A DNA stretch of 64,000 nucleotides from Octopus sinensis (lineage: Eukaryota), in assembly GCF_006345805.1 (NCBI RefSeq), contig NC_043012.1, positions 27,094,001 to 27,158,000 on the forward strand, read 5' to 3'. The notes below the pieces were generated by a model, which was not told where the DNA came from, made no database searches, and saw only the letters and a program-made list of their open reading frames with translations. The position numbers were made by a program, and so were the translations under genes. Position 1 is the stretch's first letter; the number at the start of each line of letters is the position of its first letter. This document shows positions 50,907 to 63,589 of the stretch, piece after piece.

Positions 50907-51477
50907 TAAGTACTACATAGGTTTCACAGCTGGTTTTACAAAAACAGAATCTTTATGCATCTTCTCTTATTTAAGAATGACAGACACTGACTTTCTACTT
51001 CTTGAGTCAAATATATTTTTAAACAAAAATCAAGGTGGAGTCTAAAATCAAGTGGTCTGTCATTGATTCTGTTCCTTCCTACCACACTGTTAGACTGACA
51101 TGTACATCATATTTATGTGAGGCCATCACCAACATCACCACTGATGACCTCCAAGTTAATAAGTGTAATGAACTACTTATTGACATCACTTAAAATCATT
51201 ATTCAATAGCTACTCTGGATAACCACTCTTCTTAGGTTAGATCCTACATTAGATCCTAAATTATGTCTATATCTTATGAGTTTTACATGAAGGGCTACTC
51301 TAATACTGATATAATTATTCTAGACTCTTTAAACCCCTCCAAAGCTATTGAACATCTAACTTTTGAACTGTTCTGAACATCACTGTACATCACCTATCCC
51401 TATCCCTATTAGCCCCACCAAACCCCATGTTTCTAGACAGCAGCCAACACTCTACACTTGACTTTTGTGTCATAATC

Positions 51478-52860
51478 TCTATATATAAAACTGAAATGCG
51501 TTTTTACCGCTTGGATTGCTTTCAATGCCACTAAGTCCCATCCGATTCGCTCCAAAATTTACAGGGACATGTAGAATGAGGTGACAATGCTCGTGGACTA
51601 CCTTAGAAATCCCTATCTTAAAAGGTGTGGTTGCTAGGGGCCATCTTCCTCACTCACGCTATTTCCTCCTTTCCCTCTCTTACTCCCCTTCATTTATAAC
51701 TTTGAGAATTCCACTACCGTTATTTAAAGTAGCTGTCACTCTCGCTATTTCCTCTCTTTTTCACTGACTCTGTGTCCTACCTTCCCATCACTTCGGCGGC
51801 GTTCTTTTAAGTATCTGTCTGTCACCAACAACACACGAGCATGAGAACAAATATTATGAATCAGATATTCTTGCGTTCATTTATATATGTGTGTGTGTGT
51901 GTTCTATATATAAATATGTATATATAATGTATGTGTGTGTTCTATATATAAATATGTATATATAATGTATATATACAAAGTGTATATATCTGTATTTATG
52001 TATATTAAACTTTTTCATACTTTTTCATAGTTATATATATTTTTAAACAAATTCTAAATATAATTTAATAATTTTTATTTTCAATTTAAATAATTTAAAT
52101 TTTTCAATTTTATATTTTATATATTTTCTATATTATATTTTTTTTTTCATGTTTTTGGTTTTTCACTGTTTGATTTGCCTATTAGTGGTTTTCTCTCTAA
52201 TTTCATTTATACAGATATATATCTCATTTATATACATTTGTATATATAATGCGTGCACACACACACACACACATATACATATATAATGTGTGCATTACGT
52301 AGTCGGTCGATTCAGCTGAAAATATGCACACCTATGTTAAAAGTACTGGCAAGTTTGCATGACAACTATTTTTTTCCTCAAATGAAAGGCGTCACCTCTA
52401 GGACAAAATTCCTCATCTTATAAACTGTGGCCCCAGTAGACCCGAATGAAATCGGGTTATATTAACCAAAATGTGAAAAGGGGTCTAAATGGGGCTGGAA
52501 GGGGATTAAAATTTCAAGGAGTGGGTGTTTAGGAATTCTCTGTTACATCAAGCTAAAAAATTTGCGCCAGCCTTTTAATCGTCAATGTGCTGCCGTCCAT
52601 GATAAAGAAGTTTTGAATGCTTGCCATGGTGAGTCTACTGTCGTGAGAAAGAATCACTTCAAAACTTGGTGTTTACGAATTTTCTTTTACATCAAGTTCA
52701 AAATTTTACGCCAGCCGTTAAACTGTCAATACGTTGTTGTCCGTCGTTAAGAAATGCCAGCCATGGTGACTCTACTATCCTCAGATTCTATCCCTTCAAA
52801 CTTTGGTTTCCAATATTTTATTATTTTTATTCAGCTCGCAAGTTCGTCTGTCCCTTTTAA
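51478..52860 (+). mobile_element. Possible non-autonomous Helitron-like element of another family; 3' end not identified
   Basis: Starts TCTATATATAAAACTGAAATG like the other Helitron 5' ends; degenerate ~145-bp direct repeat at 52560-52830. Confidence 0.4.
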
Positions 52861-53098
52861 ATGTTAGCGTTTTGCTGTCTGCCTTGAAGCAGACCTTTCC
52901 GTTGCCACTGCCTGATATTTATGATTGATCTTTCTAAATATTTTATTTCTCAACTTACTCAAGATCTTCTGTTGTTTATAAATGGGAGAGAGATAGATAA
53001 AGATAGAGAGTAAGAGAAAGCGAGGGAGAGTCCGAGAGAAAAGAAAAGTAAGAGAGTGGGAAAGTGAGATAAAAAGGAGAGAGAAACAAAGACGGAGA

Positions 53099-53410
53099 AT
53101 CATCATCATCATCATCGTTTAACGTCCGTTTTCCGTGCTAGCACGGGTTGGACAGTGTGACCGGGGTCTGCGAAGCCAGGAGGCTGCACCAGGCTCCAGT
53201 CTGATCTGGCAGTGTTTCTACAGCTGGATGACCTTCCTAACGCCAACCACTCTGTGAGTGTAGTGGGTGCTTTTTTCGTGCTGCCGGCACAGGTGCCAGG
53301 GGGGCTTGCAGTGACAACGATCGGTTGGTGCTTTTTACGTGCCACCGGCACAGAAGCAAGTCAAGGCGGCGCTGCAATCGGCCACGTTCGGATGGTGCTT
53401 TTTACGTGCT
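53099..53410 (-). mobile_element. RTE 3' UTR copy
   Basis: (CAT)n GTTTAACGTCCG...CAGCTGGATG.CCTTCCTAACGCCAACCAC. Confidence 0.88.
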
Positions 53411-53569
53411 GAAAGGAAGCAACAGAAAGTAACAACCACACTCTTACCCGCGCGTAGAGCGGGTCACCTTCAGATAGTTAGTTATATATTTAATACACCC
53501 TTTACTTTTGTATTGTTGTTGAAGATGATGAGGATTACTGGGAGTACTATTGCCACCACCACTGTTACC

Positions 53570-54010
53570 ATTATTTTTCCTCATCATCATCATCATCCAC
53601 TTTCCATCTTAGGATTCTTTCAAAATATAAGACTGCAGTTTTTTGTAAGTCAACAATGCAAGTCTTAATTCCAGTATCCTGCAGCTGCTTAGATAGCAGT
53701 TTGGGTGTTGTGCCAAGTATACCAATTACTACAGGAATAAATGTCATCTTCATGTCCCCAGTCTCTTTATTTCTCAGGCTAGATTCTGATATTTTACAAT
53801 TTCTTCTGGCATTTGTATGATATTGCAAAACCTATGATCTTACACATTTTACTGTTCTCTACAATCATATCTAGTCTTCTTACGTATGGCCAGTCTTTAT
53901 GGAGATATTCCATAAAATCCTGTAATTGTTATTCTCTAGCTTGTGTTCAAACCACTTTTCTGCTAACATCCCAATGCACTCTTTTACCAACATAGTCTTA
54001 CCTTTGCTTT
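53570..54010 (-). mobile_element. C-terminal fragment of an R4/NeSL-type LINE
   Basis: IPVVIGILG..PK.L...L...GI....DLQKTA.L...RILR (53571-53828). Confidence 0.65.
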
Positions 54011-55800
54011 TACTCTTTTTGTGGTAGCATACTGCACTCAATCCTTAGCATTCAGATTACTCTGTCAAATGAGTGCAATAGGCTGGATCTTATTGGTTTG
54101 AACATAAACAGGTAGAATATTTGGGATGGATATGGCTGGTTAGGAAATGGTTAATATTTCTAAATTTGCTCTCTGACTGCATTTTATCAACTTTTACCTT
54201 TATCAAATTCAATCTAATGGCTTGGTTCTGAGTGAGTATAATTAGTGACTTGATTTCTCACATCAAGTTTCTGTCTGCCAGCACAACCAATACATGGAAT
54301 GTATATGATGATGATGCATTTATTATATACTATTTTCAGCTTATTTCTTCTAAAATGCCATCACTTTTTGATGGCACAAGTATAGGAGTGAATTGAAAAA
54401 ACACCAACTTTTGAAGTACAGTACCACAAGTAATCACATCTGTTACTGGGTAATCAACGGTATATAATTCTAATTCGAAAAAATGTTGCTTTGGGCCAAG
54501 AAACAAGAAATAAGAACTCTTTTGTATATGAGAAAATTTAGCATCAATTTAGAATGACCTTCATGTCAAAATATTTCCTGTTGCACACAATGCATTTGTT
54601 TATTCAGTTAATAGTGGCAAATTTTTTCCTTGCTTTGATTTTTGAGCATCATAATGTGTATATCTCAAGCGGTAAGTTAGATACAGTGACATTATACATT
54701 AATAACAGGAGATAGAGAAATTGAACTCAGAAAACATAAATCAGAGAGAAGATTCAATGTCACTTATACACACCAGTATGGAATTTATATAGGGATTTAT
54801 TGATTCTGAGCAGTAGTAGAGTGATCACATACTTCATCATTGCTTTGATGCTTTCACTGGTGATGTAGGCCCTATGGAAAGCCTCTTGAGTATTTTCAAC
54901 TTTTTCCTGAAGAAATATTTTTCAGGATGAGTAATGAAATTAAAAAGTATGAGTGTCAAAAAGACAACCCTATCTTCATAACATCAATGAAAGAAATGAA
55001 GGAATATCTCAAAATGCTTATCTCATGGGAGTTGTGCAGCTTTCAAATTATAGGAGATTATTGGAGCACAAATTCAGCACTGAAATTGAAAAATTGATGC
55101 CCAGGAATCAATACCTTGTAAATAAGTTAAAACATCTACCTGTAATCAGCTTACCAATATTCAACCTGCCTAAGTAGTTGATAGTGACATTACAAGCGAT
55201 AAGTCAAAAACAAATACCAAACTACATTCCCAGTGTACACCAGCAATCATTACATCCTATCACCAAGTTTCATTCCTATTCATGCAATGCTCATATTTTT
55301 ATATGAATTAACAAGAGTCAGTGGCCTGGTGAGTGAGAGAGAAAGCAAGTGTGTGTGTGTGCATGTAATTAATATGGAAAACCAAGAGGAAAGCCAGCGA
55401 GAGTTAACAAGATATTAATCACGAGAAGTTTCGCTTTGTTTGTCCAAAGGCTTCTGAGAAGTTTCAACCCAGGAATGTTGCCTGCTATTTATTTTATCAA
55501 TCTTGAAAAAGGAGAAAAGCAAAACAACTAAGCACAAAGAAATGTAGCCTGGGTAAAATAAATATCATTATATGTTTCACTCAACGTAATACCATGTCAG
55601 TATACACATACATGCACACAAGACACACACACCTTTGACAAGGGACACACAGTTTCTGTTTACCACATTCCACTTTTGGGTTAGGTGAAAATGAAGCTAT
55701 AGTAGGACAAAAGGCCAAGACTTTGGTAGAAACAGACATGAAGCCATAAGGTAGTGAAGCAGACTTTTTAATTACAGTCATGACTACATCTATGTATATG

Positions 55801-55832
<32 letters not shown>

Positions 55833-55833
<1 letters not shown>

Positions 55834-56550
55834 CATCATCATCATTGTCGTCGTTTAACGTCCGTTCTCCATGCTAGCATGGGTTGGACGGTTCGACCGG
55901 GGTTCTGGGAAGCCAGAAGGCTGCACCAGGCTCCAGTCTAATCTGGCAATGTTTCTACAGCTGGATGCCCTTCCTAACGCCAACCACTCCGTGAGTGTAG
56001 TGGGTACTTTTTACGTGCCACCTGCACAGGTGCCAGGCGGGGCTGGCAACGGCCACGGTCAGATTGGTGTATTTTATGTGCCACCGGCACGGAAGCCAGT
56101 CGAGGCGGTGCTGGCATCGGCCACGAGTCGGATAGTGCTTTTTACGTACCACCAGACCAGGGATCCTGGCTGGTTCAATTCGATTTCGATTTCGCTTGCC
56201 CCAACATGTCTTCACAAGCAAAGGGGGTTGGCATGGGTGCCTGTCGTACGGTCGCATTGGAGTATTTTACGTGCCACGGCCACGAGTCGGATAGTGCTTT
56301 TTACGTACCACCAGGCCAGGGATCCTGGCTGGTTCAATTCGGTTTCGATTTCGCTTGCCCCAACATGTCTTCGCAAGCATGGGGGGTTGGCATGGGTGTC
56401 TGTCGTCGGATGAGGTTCTATATCGACTTCGCTTGCCTCAACCGGTCTTTGTGTCCAAGGGAGGAAAGGCATTCATAAGTGGGCTGGGCTCACTTGTCCT
56501 GCCTGGTCTTCTCACGTACAGAATATTTCCAAAGGTCTCGGTCTCTGACC
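55833..56550 (-). mobile_element. RTE 3' UTR copy with an internal ~158-bp duplication
   Basis: GGCCACGAGTCGGATAGTGC...GCATGGGTG repeated at about 56119 and 56277. Confidence 0.85.
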
Positions 56551-57068
56551 TAGTGCTAAATAATAACAATTAAATCCAATAATGTTCTACTTTTTTTAAA
56601 TATGGTAAGATTTCACATATGGAATACAGTAAGTTGAACTGCTTTGATTAAATGACGTTATTAATGGAATTTATAGACAAATTATCTCTCCAGAAGGATT
56701 TTAAATTATTTTTAAAAAATAGCAAAGTAGCAAACTCCAATAAAATCAACCAGGTGAACTTTAAAATATATAGAAAAATGTAATAGTAGAATGGGACTTG
56801 TTTTAACCAGTTTGCCATATTTTAATAATTCATTTAGGAAATGTCATGCCATTAACTAATACTAAACAGATCAACATTAGTAACTATACCCAGGGTAAAT
56901 GACTATTTAGGCCATAATTATTATGATTTAAATCTAAACAATTAAGAGAGGAAAATTTATGTTTATAGACATTTTAATTTATAGATATTTTGTGTTTTTC
57001 ATTGAAACTGAAATTATAATTGATGTTGGTTAAAGATAGTATTCAGCAATTTGATATCTTTCTTCCAG

Positions 57069-57171
57069 ATACAACTAGACTAAAAAAAAAAAAAAAACCT
57101 CATGAAGTTGATGGAAGGGATTATCATTTTGTATCTAGAGATGAAATGGAGAAAGGTATTTTACTAAACAG
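57069..57171 (+). CDS. Single exon (103 bp, phase 1 to 2) of a MAGUK guanylate-kinase domain, probably p55/MPP subfamily: TTRLKKKKKPHEVDGRDYHFVSRDEMEKGILLNR
   Basis: Acceptor atctttcttccag, donor AG|gtatgt, open frame; GK signature TTR...E.DG.DY.FVS...ME. Confidence 0.75.
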
Positions 57172-58334
57172 GTATGTATATCTATCTATCTATCTATCTG
57201 TGTGTGTTCATGCATGTGTGTGTGCACATGCATGCATGTGTATGTGCATACCGAAGATTGCAATTAATTCCCATACTCAGAGACAGCTATAGACATTAAA
57301 TCTTGTCACCTAAAAGATTATACTGAAGATAAATTCAGAGTAGTAACTGGGTGACTCACCAGCTTCACACAATATGCTCTACAACATGTATTGAGTTAGT
57401 CTTTTTCTCTTTTGTTAAATCATCATCATCATTCAAGTTCATTTTCCTTGATGGCATTGGCTGAATGGTTTGATACAAGCTAGTAAGCCAGAAAACTGTG
57501 CCAAGCCCTACTATCTGCTTTGGCATGGTTTCTATGGCTGAATGCCCTTTCTAACATCAATCACTTTACAGAATGTATCGGGTGTTTTTTTACATGGCAC
57601 CAACACTAGTGAAGTCATCAAATAACTTACAAGACAGGACCTCTCAACTGAGGGGGAGAGTAGTATTGAGGGCGGTGGCTTTGTGCCCAGTGACAAGAGG
57701 TTATAACAGCCTTTCTCAACTGGGGTTCCGCAACAGGGGTTCCATGAGAAAGAGTGAGATAAGCTAATGCTAATTTCATGATCTTAATATTACTATTCAT
57801 GCTTAACATATTATTGGTTATTGTAATATAGGCATCATCCTATCTAACCTTATTATATATAACTATATATATATATATATACATACATACATACATATAT
57901 ATTATACATACATACATACATATATATTATACATACATACATACATATATATATATATATTTTCCTCATTAACTTCAATGAAAAAATATGAGAAAGATAT
58001 GGTATATAATTTTTTTTGTGCTGGGGTTCCTTGAGACATGTAATTTATTTTAAGGGTTATGCAAGGGTAAAAAGTTTGAGAAACACTGAGTTAGAGTATG
58101 AATAAAGAGACAGAAAAAGGTGCCTTGCTACACATTCATGTTATAAGGTGGTGTATATAAGTGATGTAGAACCAAGGATTGGATGGGTAAGTTGATGGGG
58201 TGAGTGGATGGGTAAGATTGTGAAAGGGAAGTGGGAGATGGAGTGGAGGGAATGTTGTAGGTAAAGGTAAAGATACTGTCTTGAGTCGTGCTGGTTTCCT
58301 AGTTTCCATGTCATATAAATTCCCACCTGAAGAG

Positions 58335-58504
58335 AATGCTAGTCTGTCACAGGAGTACTCATTTTAGCCAGGTGAGTGGACTGGAGCAATGTGAAATGAA
58401 GTGTTTTGTTCCAGAAACACAACGCATCATCCAGTCCAGGAATCAAAACCACAATCTTACAATCATGAATCCGACACCCTAACCACTAATCCACGTGCCT
58501 CCAC
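58335..58504 (-). mobile_element. Decayed tRNA-derived SINE (another family)
   Basis: rc head GTGGAGGCACGTGGATTAGTGGTTAGGGTGTCGG with degraded B box. Confidence 0.55.
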
Positions 58505-58557
58505 AAGGGAATGTAGTGAGTGGACACAAATAGAAGGAGGAATTGTTAGGAGGATAT

Positions 58558-58945
58558 GTTGTTTCAGTCATGTGACTGGCCATGCTGGAGCACCGCCTTT
58601 AGTCGAGCAAATCGACCCCAGGACTTATTCTTTGTAAGCCTAGTACTTATTTTGTCGGTCTCTTTTGCTGAGCCGCTAAGTTACGGGGACGTAAACACAC
58701 CAGCATCGGTTGTCAAACGATGTTGGGGCACAAACACAGACACACAAACACACACACACACATATATATACATACATATATACAACGGGCTTGTTTGAGT
58801 TTCCGTCTACCCAATCCACTCACAAGGCTTTGGTCGGCCCGAGGCTATAGTAGAAGACACTTGCCCAAGGTGCCATGCAGAGGGACTGAACCCGGAACCA
58901 TGTGGTTCGTAAGCAAGCTACTTACCACACAGCCACTCCTACGCC
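58558..58945 (-). mobile_element. Full-length tRNA-derived SINE with central CA/TA microsatellite
   Basis: rc head GTGGCTGTGTGGTAAG...GGTTCAGTCCC; body CCTTGGGCAAGTGTCTTCTAC; near-identical copy at 59990-60372. Confidence 0.85.
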
Positions 58946-59099
58946 TATAGTATTGTAGGGAATAGATTCAACATAATCACATTGTATCCAGGTAGGTGTA
59001 TGAGGGTACAAAGGGTAAGTGGAAGAGAGATGGAAGGGGAATAAAATGCGTGATAAATTTGGATGGGGAGATGGGGGAGGTCTAAGGAAGAGTTTTCTT

Positions 59100-59600
59100 T
59101 TCCCCATGCATTCTCCACATTTAGCAGTCTTTCAATTTTGTATTTCCATGCCTCTCATTAAGTGCAAGTGTACTATCCTCCATTTGAACACACTTCTTTC
59201 CTACATTATCATGATTTTCTCCAACATATTGTCTTGCAATCCAGAACACCTCATACCTCTCGACTTATTGCTGCTGAAAATAGGCAAACTTCTTCTTTTC
59301 TGCTTCACATCTGGCTAAATATGCCTGTCTGTTTCCTTGTCTTCTAACTTCCTGGTATAGTTGTCTACTATCCCCACTCATGCAGTCCTTCCATGCCTGT
59401 TTCTTTGCCCTTTTGGCAGTGTCTACTTTACTGTTCCATCACCATGTTATCCTAGTTCTGGATGCAATTATGCACCAGCCACAAATTTTGTCTGTAGCCC
59501 TTTGTAGGCTATCCTGCAGAAATTTGCAGTTGTTCTCTAAGCTACACATTTCTATTTTCTCATCCTTCTCATAAAATGCTTCAATTAGCACATCTGTAAA
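59100..59600 (-). mobile_element. Old RTE LINE endonuclease-to-RT linker fragment
   Basis: Similar to 38390-38800 (ENNWRFLRDNL...DQICG-like segment). Confidence 0.55.
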
Positions 59601-59824
59601 TCTAACTATTTAAATGTATGTATGTATGTATGAAATAAAATAAAATAAAATAAAAATTGAAGATTGTTGTCTGTGATATTTTTATTTCATGCTTGACAAT
59701 TGTTTCAACAATTCCATAGTGATTGTTCACTACATGAGTGCTTCCTAAGGTAGGAATACTTGGATTATCTTACCCCTACTAACCTACCATATATATCTGT
59801 GTGTGTGTGTGTATTTGTGTGTAT

Positions 59825-59856
<32 letters not shown>

Positions 59857-59989
59857 CACTTGTGAATTATGAGAACATTAAAAAAAATTTACTTGATAAA
59901 TTCCAAAAGAAATATTTCAAAATAAATGCTTTAGATATATGAAGTTTCTTTTTTAAAATATTACTTGTGTGAGAACATGTATACTCTTA

Positions 59990-60372
59990 CTCTCTCTTTT
60001 ACTCTTTTACTTGTTTCAGTCATTTGACTGTGGCCATGCTGGAGCACCGCCTTTAGTTGAGCAAATTGACCCCAGGACTTATTCTTTGTAAGCCTAGTAC
60101 TTATTCTATCAGTCTCTTTTGCTGAACCGCTAAGTTACAGGGACGTAAACACACCAGCATTGCTGGGGGGACAAACACAGACACACAAACATATACATAC
60201 ACATATATATATATATACAACAGGCTTCTTTCAGTTTCCATCTACCAAATCTACTCACAAGGCTTTGGTCGGCCCGAGGCAATAGTAGAAGACACTTGCC
60301 CAAGGTGCCATGCAGTGGGACTGAACCCAGAACCATGTGGTTGGTAAGCAAGCTACTTACCACACAGCCACA
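59990..60372 (-). mobile_element. Second full-length copy of the same tRNA-derived SINE
   Basis: Alignable over its length with 58558-58945. Confidence 0.85.
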
Positions 60373-61384
60373 TTTTTTTGATGGAAGGACATACAACAAA
60401 AATCTGTAATAATATATTGAATTTCTTTTTGAGAAAAACTAGCCTGCATTAAGAAAAAGATTGGCATAGCTTATGATAAGTATGTATGAGTTTTTTAAGA
60501 ATGATAACACATATTTCAGGAGGAAACAAAATATATAACCCCAACACCAATAATGTATTTACTAGGTTATCATTGAATATTTACAAAACAAAATACTTAA
60601 TTTCTTCAAAATTATTTTTTAAGTAAACATGCAGTGTGGGTATAGAAATATAAACACAATATTGATGTTTCCATGATTTTCCATTATAATTTAGTATTAT
60701 CAAATCTATTTCTTGTGCGCTACCTTTTGTTGAACATTTTTATCAGCAATAATTTGCTGTTCTGAATACCCTGTGCATATACCCTGTTCTGAATACCATG
60801 TTCTATCAACTTCTGGGCAAATTTCATATCTTGGTTCCTTTCACTTTTTACTTTTCCTTTACCAAACCACATGTCTCAATTTTAAACACTCTTCCTCCCC
60901 CATTATTTTCATGATTAAACATACTTTCCTGAAATACATACCTTCAATTTAGTGAACTTAGCATACTGGTAGACATTATCACCTAGATTACATAACAAGA
61001 AATAATGCAAGGCTGCTTGTTTATTATTAAAAAACACAAAGTCAATAAAAGGAGTATACTTGATGTACATGCAATTCCTGCTTGGTACTTGCTTTTATTT
61101 CCATATTAAGTTCTATTTAACTCAATTTCCATTTAGCATAAAAAATAATACTAACTTACATAATTTATTATTTAAAGCAAAACTATAAAACTTTATGTAT
61201 TATAATGTTCTAAAGAATTACACTCCTTTTGTTCTCAATGCAAACTCATAAACCTGATCACCTGTTCATGATGTGAAACTGTGATATCTCTCTTAAATGA
61301 ATTTAGTTTGGCTTATTTACAAACCAATGTATAGAAAAGGGAGGAAACTGCATTCAGATACATATTAAATAAATATTTGCTTAC

Positions 61385-61469
61385 CATCTGCTTTCACTTT
61401 TAAATTATAATTAAGCACAAAGAGGTTGTTCTTGTCAGGAAAGGCATATTGACTCATTTGCTTGAGGAA
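61385..61469 (-). CDS. MTMR10: MTMR10-like gene, first exon seen (85 bp, phase 0 to 1): FLKQMSQYAFPDKNNLFVLNYNLKVKAD
   Basis: Acceptor tttctttaaatttag, donor G|gtaagc; resembles recalled MTMR10 IAHYSQP...LFAFEY; terminal G joins AA of exon 42489-42618 to give Glu. Confidence 0.82.
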
Positions 61470-62959
61470 CTAAATTTAAAGAAAAAAAATTTTATTTGGA
61501 ATTAGAAAAATTTAACATGACTTATACATCCGATTGAAATTTAATTATGTATTAAAATTTATTTCTATAAAGACTAAAGCTGCAGGTTCTCATTCTCATT
61601 TGAACATCTAAACTTGATACAAATCAAAGAAAATTTCTCAAATTATCACATACAAGTCACTTATTACTATCCATAAATCGTTGAATATTACCTCTCTAAT
61701 TCTTCACACAAAAGCGTGTAGGGTGTGTGAAAAAGTGTAAATTTTTACGCTTAATTATAATTTATCTGCCAAGTGCTGTTAGTAAAGTAATATACATCAG
61801 TAAAGTAATATATATAAAGCTTTTCTTCCTCTCTAAAACATAGTTTAAGCAAAATTAATTAATAAAATTTCTTTATCCTTTATATTAATGAACAATAACA
61901 AAATTTTTTAGCATATTAAGAAAGATACACAAATTCAATACAGTAAAGTCCTATCAAATTATTCCTATTTGTGCCAATGAGAAAATTATAACAGTAAATT
62001 AGAAAATACTCATTTCATAGAATCCTAACACAAAATCTTTTAAGCGATGTAAATATATTTGCATTCCAAAATTAATATCAAGTCTAGAATAATATTTTCT
62101 AGTTACATTTGCAATCTTTTTAGCTTACAAAGCCCTGATAAATTATAGAGATCTCATTATTAGTTTGAATAACATGAGCAGGTATACAGTTGACAACCTT
62201 AGGAAACAAAAGATATGTTGAAGCAAATTATACAATGGTTAACTTCTTAACACCCTTAAATGTTACACTTAAATTCCATTTTGCTATTACAAACAAACCT
62301 ATCAGTGAATATCAAATACATTATCAAAAAAATAAGTACATTGTCTGATGAAGGTATTTTTAGCAAGTCTACTGAGTACTACAGCAACCAACCAAAAATT
62401 AATAGGAGATATAAATATATCCTACAATAAAATGTAATACCACAGTTGGCAAATATTTTCTCTCTTTAATCAGAAAATACTTCCAAAGAAGTCATAAAAT
62501 ACCATCAACACAATGGCTACCAAATTTCAACAAGTACAACATAAAAATTAGCTACACCTGCATATAAAACACATCAAGTCCTACTGAGTAATACATTGCA
62601 GAAATGTAAACGAAGGAAGAGCAAAATGAACCAACTTGCAATTGTTGAACTACAGAACTCTGCCATCTGTTTAGAAAAAGGAATTGCATAACAAGCTGAT
62701 GTCTTCACTAACTATACATCAGTAGACTACACAAAATTCACAGAACATTCTTTCAAAGTCATCTCTATTATCACAATAGTTAATTTTCTCACTAACACCC
62801 GAAAACCACCTCAACATTTTCAAAATACATTTTAAAATCAGATAAACACCTGCAAATAATATCTTACAGAGATACTTAATATTAAACTCTACTCCAATCT
62901 TAAAAAATAGAAAACATATCAACTCATCAACATATAGGTTAGTAGAAATTGTAACAGTG

Positions 62960-63460
62960 TATGGGGAGAGTAACAGATGATGTGGAGATGGGAAATGGAT
63001 GAAGGGTTGAATACAATGAGAGAAGAACAATTGTTGAGAGATGATAGAGATTGGAAGGAAGGTAGGGTAAAGTGATGACTGTAGAAATTGGGTAGGATTG
63101 AGAGGTAGATGTAGTGAATGGTGAATAAGAAGTGGAGGTGACCAGTGATACATGAAGTGAGGGAGGTTGGGAAAAGTAGGAAATGATTAGCAGTACTGAA
63201 AGGAGTGAAAAGTAGCAAAGATAGTAATAATGAGAAAGTAGAAAATGTAGGTTGCAAGAGTATGAGAGGAGAGGCAAGCAAAGTGCATGAGGAAAGTGAG
63301 AGATGTATGGCAATGGAGGAGGAAAGCAAATTTTGTGGCACTGAAGATTGATCAATGCAAAATGTAGGTGGAGAAGGATAATATTAAGAATGAAGGATAG
63401 ATGTCAAGTGAAACGGTTCTAGAGTAGGAAGGATAAATAGCAATAGGGAAAGCTGGTGAA
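62960..63460. repeat. Purine-rich (GA) low-complexity tract
   Basis: Direct reading; explains the spurious Leu/Ser/Pro-rich minus ORFs. Confidence 0.7.
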
Positions 63461-63589
63461 GTATTTCATTCAGCTCACATTTAATTAGAACAGCAGAATA
63501 TAATACGTAGGCATGTGATGAAGGTGTCACTGGTAAAGAGATAATGGAAGGGTGGTGGGAATGTCTTTGGGAGGAAATTGGCGAAAGTG

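Noticed and set aside
54608-54671. Plus-strand segment ending in a perfect G|GTAAGT donor (phase 1) as a possible exon upstream of the GK exon
   Set aside because: The peptide LIVANFFLALIFEHHNVYISS has no similarity to the G.G..LK..L...P..F...VP region expected before TTR.
54833-54906. 74-bp minus-strand segment with good acceptor and GTATGT donor inside the MTMR10-like intron
   Set aside because: All three frames contain a stop, and it does not resemble myotubularin. A poison exon cannot be excluded without RNA data.
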